From contig JBBRAI010000002.1 in the NCBI GenBank assembly GCA_038206915.1, forward strand, positions 5,510-69,509: a stretch of DNA of 64,000 bases. Reading direction: 5' to 3'. The notes below the pieces were generated by a model, which searched no databases, was not told the DNA's origin, and was given only the letters and a program-made list of their open reading frames with translations. The position numbers and the translations under genes are program-made. The DNA is from Burkholderiales bacterium (GTDB taxonomy: Bacteria > Pseudomonadota > Gammaproteobacteria > Burkholderiales > SG8-39). Below, piece after piece: positions 55,236 to 62,049 of this stretch. Position 1 is the first letter of the stretch. The number at the start of each line of letters is the position of its first letter.

Positions 55236-56312
55236 ATGACACCCAAAGAAAGAGTGATGACGGCATTGCGCCGCGGCCAGCCCGACCAGGTGCCGTGGGT
55301 CGAAAACGAAGTCGAGGAGATGTTGCAGATCCAGATCATGGGCGGGCGCACCGACTACACGCCGGGCGAACTGTGCCGCGCCCTGGGCATGGACGGCTTC
55401 GGCTATCACTTTCCTACTGGCGGCGCGGGTTCGGCCAGCCAGGCGCTGCAGACCTCCAAGTCGATCAAGGAGGCCTTCTACTTCCCGAAAAAGATCACTT
55501 TCGACTTCGTGCCACCGTGGATCGCCGATATGGGCGTGGAGCCGAATGGGCGCACCTTCGTCAAAAAGGGTCTGCTGGTCGATCGCGATTCGCTCAAGCT
55601 GTTCGACGAGTTCCTGCCCGATCCGAACCATCCGGCGCGCTACGAGCAGATCGCGAAGTGGATCGAGCAGTACCGCGAGGACTACGCCGTGTACGCGCGA
55701 ATCCGCCTGGGTACCGCGAGCACCATCGAAAGCATGGGGCTGGACGTGTTCTCGCTCATGCTCTACGACGATCCGGATCTGGTGAAGGAGATCCATCGGC
55801 GCTTTTCGGAATGGACAGTGAAGGTGCTCGAGAACCTGAACAAGCTCGACCTCGATTTCTACTGGGCCAACGACGACCACGCCGACACCAAGATGCCCTG
55901 GGTCAACATGGAGATGTACGAGGAGTTTTTCTTCCCTTACCAGAAGATGGTCGCCGACGCGATGAAGAAGCCCTGGGCGTTCCATAGCGACGGCAACCTG
56001 TTTCCGATACTCCCCGGGCTGGTGAAGCTCGGCATGAACGCGATCCACCCGATTCAGCCGGCGGCGATGGATATCGCCAAGATGAAGGCGGACTACGGCT
56101 CCAAGGTCTGCCTGATCGGCAACATCGATCTGGATTACACCCTGACGCTGGGTACGCCCGAAGAGGTCGACAAGGAGGTCAAGGAGCGCATCGCGGTCGC
56201 CGGCAAGGGCGGCGGCTATATCATCAGCAGCGCCAACAGCCTTACCGACTATTGCAAGATCGACAACGTCTGGGCCATGTCCAAGGCGCTGAAGAAATAC
56301 GGCAAGTACTGA
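55236..56312 (+). CDS. uroporphyrinogen decarboxylase (URO-D) family methyltransferase (MtaA/MtvB-like)
   Basis: The 358-aa protein starts MTPKERVMTALRRGQPDQVPWVE. A URO-D-type TIM barrel pattern runs through ...GGGYIISSANSL. It lies immediately after the corrinoid protein. Confidence 0.75.
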   Translation: MTPKERVMTALRRGQPDQVPWVENEVEEMLQIQIMGGRTDYTPGELCRALGMDGFGYHFPTGGAGSASQALQTSKSIKEAFYFPKKITFDFVPPWIADMGVEPNGRTFVKKGLLVDRDSLKLFDEFLPDPNHPARYEQIAKWIEQYREDYAVYARIRLGTASTIESMGLDVFSLMLYDDPDLVKEIHRRFSEWTVKVLENLNKLDLDFYWANDDHADTKMPWVNMEMYEEFFFPYQKMVADAMKKPWAFHSDGNLFPILPGLVKLGMNAIHPIQPAAMDIAKMKADYGSKVCLIGNIDLDYTLTLGTPEEVDKEVKERIAVAGKGGGYIISSANSLTDYCKIDNVWAMSKALKKYGKY

Positions 56313-57109
56313 TGCTGATCGTCGCCGAACGTATTAATGCCTCGCGCAAAGCGATCCGCGCCGCGCTGGAAAAGCTCGACGCCGACGCGATAGTGAATGA
56401 GGTGCGCATACAGGACGCTGCCGGGGCGAATTACATCGACCTGAACGGCGGCACCTTCCCCGGACGCGAAACCGAATTGCTTTGCTGGCTGGTGGACATC
56501 GCGCAGCAGGCGACGCAGCTGCCGCTGTGTCTGGACAGCCCGGACCCGGCGGCGCTGGAAGCGGCGCTGAAGCGGCTGAAAGGGCCGCGGCCGATGATCA
56601 ATTCGATCAACCTCGAACCGGAGCGCTTCGAGCGCACGCTGCCGCTGGCGCGTGAGCATGGCGCCAAGCTGATCGCGCTGGCGCAGGGCGAGGACGTGCC
56701 CGCGGCGAGCGCGGCGGAGAAGGCCGAGCTTGCCGGCCGCCTGATCGAGCAGCTGGTGCGCGCCGGAATGCCGCTCGATGACATCTACGTCGATCCGCTG
56801 GTATTTCCGGTGGGGACCGATTCGGCATCGGGGCTGGCCACGGTAACCGCAATGCGCGAGATCATGGCGCGCTATCCCGGGGTGCACACCATCTGCGGCC
56901 TGACAAACGTATCGCACGGCCTGCCGGCACGCAAACTGATCAATCGCACGTTCCTCGCCGGTGCGATTGCCAACGGTATGGACGCGGCCATCATCGATCC
57001 GACCGATACCCAGCTCATGGCGACGATGTTCGCAGCAGAAGCGGTTTTCGGGCGCGACGAATACTGCGTCAACCTGATCGAAGCGTTCCAGGCGGGCAAA
57101 CTGGGCTGA
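56312..57109 (+). CDS. pterin-binding methyltransferase (methyl-corrinoid:tetrahydrofolate methyltransferase; MeTr/CmuB/MtvA-like)
   Basis: The 265-aa protein starts MLIVAERINASRK with a TGATG overlap. It has YIDLNGG and the conserved ICGLTNVSHGLPARKLINRTFLAGAIANGMDAAIIDP, a dihydropteroate-synthase-like fold signature. Confidence 0.8.
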   Translation: MLIVAERINASRKAIRAALEKLDADAIVNEVRIQDAAGANYIDLNGGTFPGRETELLCWLVDIAQQATQLPLCLDSPDPAALEAALKRLKGPRPMINSINLEPERFERTLPLAREHGAKLIALAQGEDVPAASAAEKAELAGRLIEQLVRAGMPLDDIYVDPLVFPVGTDSASGLATVTAMREIMARYPGVHTICGLTNVSHGLPARKLINRTFLAGAIANGMDAAIIDPTDTQLMATMFAAEAVFGRDEYCVNLIEAFQAGKLG

Positions 57110-57155
57110 GCCGATCCGGCAGTCGCGTCGTTTCCCAAGTACCGCACGATGAACC

Positions 57156-59051
57156 ATGCGCAATCCTGACTCCCATTCGTCGAAGGTTGGCGTCACCTTC
57201 CTGCCGGATTCGCGTCGCGTCGAGGTCGCCGCGGGTGAGCGCCTGCTGTTTGGTGCATGGAAAGTGGGCGTCGGCATCAAGTCCGTTTGCGGCGGTCGCG
57301 GCAAGTGCGCCAGCTGCCTCGTGATTGTGGAAAGCGCCGCCGCCGATGCGCTTTCGCCGGTCAGCGCGGAAGAGCAGGCGCTGCTGCCGCGCGTCGAAGC
57401 CGGGCCAACCTACCGTCTCGCCTGCATGACCGAAGTGCGCGGCGAAGTATGCGTCTCGGTCCCGCCGGAGAGCCAGGCGCTGAAAAGTCCACCGCGAAAA
57501 CCCTACACCGTGACCAGCGTTGCGCTGGCTCCCGCAGTCAAGCGCGTCGCATTCGACGTGGAAGATGCCTACGCGGAGCCCCTGCGGCCGCTGTCCGAGC
57601 GCATCGAGACAGCGCTGTGGGGCTCGCGCGGCGGCAAACTGCCCGTTGCCGTTCTGGCAGAGTTGTCGCGCGAACCTGATTTCGACTCCAGCGCGCGACT
57701 CAGCGCGACGCTCGAGGGCAAGCGTTTGGTCCAGCTGTGCTGCGGCGAACCCGGCCCGATCTACGGCCTGGCCGTGGACATCGGCACCACCTCAATAGTC
57801 GTGTTTCTATGTGACTTGACGCGCGGCGATATCGTCGGCGTGCGCACCTCGGGCAACCCCCAGGCGGCCTTCGGCGAGGACGTCATTTCGCGCATGGCGC
57901 ATGTCCAGGAGGACGTGTCGAATCTTGGCGTGCTGCACAAGCTGCTGATCGACGACATCAACCGCATGGTCGATGACGCGGCGCGCGAAGCGGGCGTGGC
58001 GCTCAAGGACATCGTCGATGCGGTGGTGGTGGGCAACCCGACCATGCAGCACGTGCTGCTCGGCATCAATCCGGTGCCGCTCGGGCGCGGGCCGTACGTT
58101 CCGGTGATGTCCGCGGGCGTGGAAGTCGAGGCGCGCAGCCTCGGACTGACCATCGTGCCGGGGGCGCCGGTGTTCGTGCTGCCCATGCCCGCCGGCTATA
58201 TCGGCGGCGACACGCTATCGGCCGTGCTCACGCGCGGACCGGAGTTCTACCGCGGCAATAATCTGCTGGTGGATATCGGCACCAACGGCGAAGTGGTGCT
58301 CGCCAAGGACGGCGTACTCACTGCCACGTCCTGCGCTACGGGACCGGTATACGAGGGCGCGCACATCGCCTGCGGCGTGCGCGCGGCGCCCGGGGCGATC
58401 GAGCGCGTCTGGATTGAAGCCGGTGGCGCGATCCGCTGGGCTGCGATACCGCCGGATGGCGAGCGCGACCGGCGTCCGGTCGGGCTGTGCGGCTCGGGCG
58501 TGATCTCGACTGTGACCGCGCTGGTCGGCGCCGGGCTGGTGGGAATCGACGGTGCGTTCGCGCAGCTCGGCACGCATCCGCGGTTGCGCCGCAGCGCGAT
58601 CAACGGACAGATGGAGGTGGTACTGGTCCCGGCGATGGGCAGCAGGACCGGACGCGATATCGTGTTCACGCAACAGGACGTGCGCAGCGTGCAGTTGGGC
58701 AAGGCTGCGCTGCGCGCCGGCATCGAAATCCTGCTGCGCGAGCAGGATGTGAAGGAGCTCGACCACATTTTCCTGGCCGGAACTTTCGGCAACCATCTTG
58801 AACCGCGCGACATCGTCGCGATCGGCCTGGTCCCGCCGGTGCCGGTGGAGCGCATCGAATCGATTGGCAACGCGGCCGGCGACGGCGCGCGCATGGCCTT
58901 GTTTAACCGGCGCGACCGGCGCCGCGCGCAGCGGCTCGCGCAGACCATGCGCGTGGTCGAACTGTCGAACCGCGCCGATTTTCAGGACATGTTCGTCGCC
59001 TGCACCGAACTCTCGGACGCGCCCGCGCCGACGCTGGAACAGGAGGACTAG
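57156..59051 (+). CDS. RACo-type reductive activator of corrinoid enzymes (2Fe-2S ferredoxin domain + ASKHA ATPase, DUF4445-like)
   Basis: The 631-aa protein has an N-terminal plant-type ferredoxin domain (CGGRGKCASC...LAC). The ASKHA phosphate motifs are GLAVDIGTTSIV and LLVDIGTNGEVVL. The C-terminal part contains LCGSG and QQDVRSVQLGKAALRAG. Confidence 0.85.
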   Translation: MRNPDSHSSKVGVTFLPDSRRVEVAAGERLLFGAWKVGVGIKSVCGGRGKCASCLVIVESAAADALSPVSAEEQALLPRVEAGPTYRLACMTEVRGEVCVSVPPESQALKSPPRKPYTVTSVALAPAVKRVAFDVEDAYAEPLRPLSERIETALWGSRGGKLPVAVLAELSREPDFDSSARLSATLEGKRLVQLCCGEPGPIYGLAVDIGTTSIVVFLCDLTRGDIVGVRTSGNPQAAFGEDVISRMAHVQEDVSNLGVLHKLLIDDINRMVDDAAREAGVALKDIVDAVVVGNPTMQHVLLGINPVPLGRGPYVPVMSAGVEVEARSLGLTIVPGAPVFVLPMPAGYIGGDTLSAVLTRGPEFYRGNNLLVDIGTNGEVVLAKDGVLTATSCATGPVYEGAHIACGVRAAPGAIERVWIEAGGAIRWAAIPPDGERDRRPVGLCGSGVISTVTALVGAGLVGIDGAFAQLGTHPRLRRSAINGQMEVVLVPAMGSRTGRDIVFTQQDVRSVQLGKAALRAGIEILLREQDVKELDHIFLAGTFGNHLEPRDIVAIGLVPPVPVERIESIGNAAGDGARMALFNRRDRRRAQRLAQTMRVVELSNRADFQDMFVACTELSDAPAPTLEQED

Positions 59052-59054
59052 CCC

Positions 59055-60521
59055 ATGCTCGCTCTCAGACGCTGGTCGGTGCGGCACGCGGGACTGGTCG
59101 AGCGCACGTATGGTTGGCTCAGGTCGCTGTTGCGCGCCTGTGATCCGTTGATTCGGCGACTGGGCTACGCGCGCGTCGAAAAAGCAGTGCTGCCGATCGA
59201 GCGCCGGCTGAAGGGGCTCATGTTCGACTGTCGCATGTGCGGCGTGTGCCTGCTCTCGCTCAATGGCATGTCCTGCCCGATGAACTGCCCCAAGTCGGTG
59301 CGCAACGGGCCCTGCGGCGGCGTGCGTCCGGACGGCGGCTGCGAAGTCGATCCGCAGATGCAGTGCGTCTGGGTGGAAGGATGGCGCGGCACGCAGAAAA
59401 TGTCGGTCGGCTCGATTTCCGAATTGCCCAACGCGCCGGCAAATGCGCGTTTTGCCGGAAGTTCGAGTTGGTTACGTCTGGCGCGCGGCGAGCACGAGCC
59501 GTCTCCCATTAGCGGCGCGCCGACGACGTCCTCCGGCAGTCACCTGGAGAGTCTGCTCGCAAGCGGCAGCTTCGCGGTTACCGCGGAATTTTCGCCGCCG
59601 GATTCGGCCGATCCCGGCGAGGTCTTCGCGCAGCTGGAGTATTTCCGCGGCCACGTCGACGCCATCAATGTTACCGACGGCAGCGGGGCGAATTGCCACA
59701 TGTCCAGTCTCGGCGTCTCGGCGCTTTTGCTGCAGGCCGGCTGCGAACCGGTGATGCAAATCACCTGCCGCGACCGCAACCGCATCGCCATCCAGGGCGA
59801 CATCCTCGGCGCCGCCGCGCTGGGCATACGCAACCTGCTCTGTCTCACCGGCGACAGCACGCTGGTGGGAGACCATCCGGACGCCAAGCCCGTGTGCGAC
59901 TTGGATAGCATGTCGCTGCTGCAGACCGCTCGCATCATGCGCGACGAGAAGCGCTTTCTTTCCGGGCGCAAGCTGAGCGCCGTTCCCTTCATGTTCCTCG
60001 GCGGCGCCGACAATCCGTTCGCGCCGCCGTTCGACATGCGTCCGATGCGGCTCACGCGCAAGATAGCGGCCGGCGCGCAGTTCGTGCAGACGCAGTATTG
60101 CTTCGATCTGGATCTGCTCGGAGCCTATATGGACCGGGTGCGCGATGAAGGGCTGCATGAGCGCTGCCATATCATTATCGGCGTCGGACCGATCGCCTCG
60201 GCGAAGACGGCGCGCTGGCTGCGCAGCAAGGTGCCCGGCGTGCATATTCCAGACGCAGTGGTGGCGCGCCTGGAGGGCGCGGCCGACGCGCGTGCCGAGG
60301 GCAGGAAGATCTGCGTCGAAATGATCCAGGCGATAAGGCAAATTCCAGGCATCGCCGGGGTGCACATCATGGCGCCGCGTCAGGATCAATTCATTCCGGA
60401 ACTGGTGCGCGCTTCGGGCGTGCTGGCGGGGCGGCCGCCGCCTTACGCCGGCGCTGCGCAGCCGCGTCCCTTGCCGGCCATGGCGGGTGGATCTGGCGGC
60501 GATGGGCGCCCGGCTTCTTAA
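59055..60521 (+). CDS. MetV-MetF fusion: Cys-rich MTHFR-associated (MetV-like) domain + methylenetetrahydrofolate reductase domain
   Basis: The 488-aa protein has an N-terminal CRMCGVCLLSLNGMSCPMNCPKSVRNGPCGG motif. The MetF barrel follows (FAVTAEFSPPD, INVTDGSGA, QITCRDRN, LCLTGD). Confidence 0.8.
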   Translation: MLALRRWSVRHAGLVERTYGWLRSLLRACDPLIRRLGYARVEKAVLPIERRLKGLMFDCRMCGVCLLSLNGMSCPMNCPKSVRNGPCGGVRPDGGCEVDPQMQCVWVEGWRGTQKMSVGSISELPNAPANARFAGSSSWLRLARGEHEPSPISGAPTTSSGSHLESLLASGSFAVTAEFSPPDSADPGEVFAQLEYFRGHVDAINVTDGSGANCHMSSLGVSALLLQAGCEPVMQITCRDRNRIAIQGDILGAAALGIRNLLCLTGDSTLVGDHPDAKPVCDLDSMSLLQTARIMRDEKRFLSGRKLSAVPFMFLGGADNPFAPPFDMRPMRLTRKIAAGAQFVQTQYCFDLDLLGAYMDRVRDEGLHERCHIIIGVGPIASAKTARWLRSKVPGVHIPDAVVARLEGAADARAEGRKICVEMIQAIRQIPGIAGVHIMAPRQDQFIPELVRASGVLAGRPPPYAGAAQPRPLPAMAGGSGGDGRPAS

Positions 60522-60533
60522 GGAGGAGTTCTC

Positions 60534-61301
60534 ATGAATATTTCAACATGGCGCGCCGACCCGGTAGCGACGAACGCCCGGCCGACCGTCATCATCGCCT
60601 GCCGCGTAATGCAAGAGCATCTGCAGCAGCTCCTGCCCGCTACCACGGCCGTGACCTATCTTGAAATCACGCTGCACAACACGCCGAAGAAACTTGCCGC
60701 CGCGCTGCAGCACGAAATCGATCTGGTCGAGCAGCCGAGCAATATTCTGGTCGGCTACGGACTGTGCGGCAACGGCCTGCTCGGCGTGAAGTCCGGGCCG
60801 CATACCCTGATCATTCCGCGCACGCACGACTGCGTCGCCATCTTCCTGGGTTCGCAACAGCGCTACGTACAGCGCTTCTTCGCGAATCCGAACACCTACT
60901 ACCTGACCCGCGGCTGGCTGGAGGCGAAGGACGAACCGCTGCAGGACTACCTCGACTACGTGCGCGACTATGACGAGGAGACCGCCGACTATCTGGTCGA
61001 AATGAAATACCGCCACTATCGCAAGCTGTGCATGGTCGGATTTTCGCAGGAGGAACTGGAGGAATGCCGGCCGATGGCCATGCGCGTGGCGGAGTTCTGC
61101 GGCAAGCGCTGGAACATGGAATACGAGGAGATCGTGGGCTCGACCTCCATGCTCCAAAATCTGCTCAAGCTGCCAGCGCAGCTCGAATCGGGCAACAACG
61201 ACGAATTCGTCGTGGTCCGGCCGGGCGGGGAGATCGAGGTCGATATGTTCCTGCGCGACGGGGAGTCGGCGCCGGCACAAACTGCGGCCCGGGATGGCTA
61301 G
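60534..61301 (+). CDS. DUF1638 domain-containing protein
   Basis: The 255-aa protein has ILVGYGLCGNGLLG...LIIPRTHDCVAIFLGSQQRY...YYLTRGWLE, the pattern I associate with DUF1638. That family is usually found next to corrinoid methyltransferase genes. Confidence 0.7.
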   Translation: MNISTWRADPVATNARPTVIIACRVMQEHLQQLLPATTAVTYLEITLHNTPKKLAAALQHEIDLVEQPSNILVGYGLCGNGLLGVKSGPHTLIIPRTHDCVAIFLGSQQRYVQRFFANPNTYYLTRGWLEAKDEPLQDYLDYVRDYDEETADYLVEMKYRHYRKLCMVGFSQEELEECRPMAMRVAEFCGKRWNMEYEEIVGSTSMLQNLLKLPAQLESGNNDEFVVVRPGGEIEVDMFLRDGESAPAQTAARDG

Positions 61302-61321
61302 CGCAACCAGTCTACGACGTG

Positions 61322-61648
61322 CTAGACGATAGCGTCTACCCCGCGTGCGGCGCGGATGACGCGCATGATTTCGACGCAGTTGCCGCGGGTGCGGTAGAAG
61401 ATCACGTAGCGCTGGAACAGCAGGCTGCGGATGCCCTCCTGCAGCTCCTGGCGCGGCGGCCCCATCTCCGGATGCAGCGTCAGCAGCTGGCAAACCTGTT
61501 CGAATTGGTTGACGAAGCTCAGTGCCGCCGCAAGATGCTCCGCATTGGTCGTGCCGAAGCGGACGCTGGGCATTGCGATCGTCTCCCAAATGCCGTTGAG
61601 GTCGGCGCAAGCCTGAAACGTAAACTGCATCCGGCTGGAAACTGTCAT
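61322..61648 (-). CDS. type II toxin-antitoxin system RelE/ParE family toxin (no intact cognate antitoxin seen)
   Basis: The 108-aa protein reads ...FTFQACADLNGIWETI...HPEMGPPRQELQEGIRSLLFQRYVIFYRTRGNCVEIMRVIRAARGVD, a ParE-like pattern. MQFTF is an alternative start. Confidence 0.7.
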   Translation of the reverse strand: MTVSSRMQFTFQACADLNGIWETIAMPSVRFGTTNAEHLAAALSFVNQFEQVCQLLTLHPEMGPPRQELQEGIRSLLFQRYVIFYRTRGNCVEIMRVIRAARGVDAIV

Positions 61649-61744
61649 TCGGCGCGCTCGGATGCTTTGCCGCGAAGGTTACGAAATACCTCGAGACTGA
61701 GGCTACCCGTTTGCTTCGCAACGGTGTAAGATCGCGCTACTCGT

Positions 61745-61950
61745 TCAAGGTGTCCGCCGGTGCTTCCCGCCGGCGGGTGAAACGGGAAACAGGTACCGCG
61801 CGAAGTCTGCGCCCAAGCCTGTGCTGCCCCCGCAACGGTATGTGAGCGCGGGTCTGTCTCGATGCCACTGCAGGCACGCGCCTGCGGGAAGGCGACAGAT
61901 CCAATCCCACGAGCCCGGAGACCGGCCTTTCGCGACAGGTGGAAACACTG
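61745..61950 (+). promoter_or_regulatory. cobalamin (B12) riboswitch
   Basis: Conserved elements were read directly: AACGGGAA, GCTGCCCCCGCAACGGTA, GCCACTG...GGGAAGGC, and the B12 box GAGCCCGGAGACCGGCC (61911-61927). A GC hairpin plus T-rich tract and an RBS-proximal hairpin follow, before the ATG at 62050. The ends are approximate. Confidence 0.85.
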
Positions 61951-62049
61951 CGGGGACGCGGTGCGCCGGTAGTGGTTCCGTACTCCCCCGCGTTTCCTTT
62001 GTGGTCTTGTTTGTGCAGCCTGCGGGGACGCCGGCTGCGGGGGAATTTC

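Noticed and set aside
60543-61721. A 392-aa minus-strand ORF runs through the ParE region and lies antisense to DUF1638.
   Set aside because: It is out of frame with the ParE-like ORF, antisense to a recognisable DUF1638 gene, and Arg/Ala-rich.
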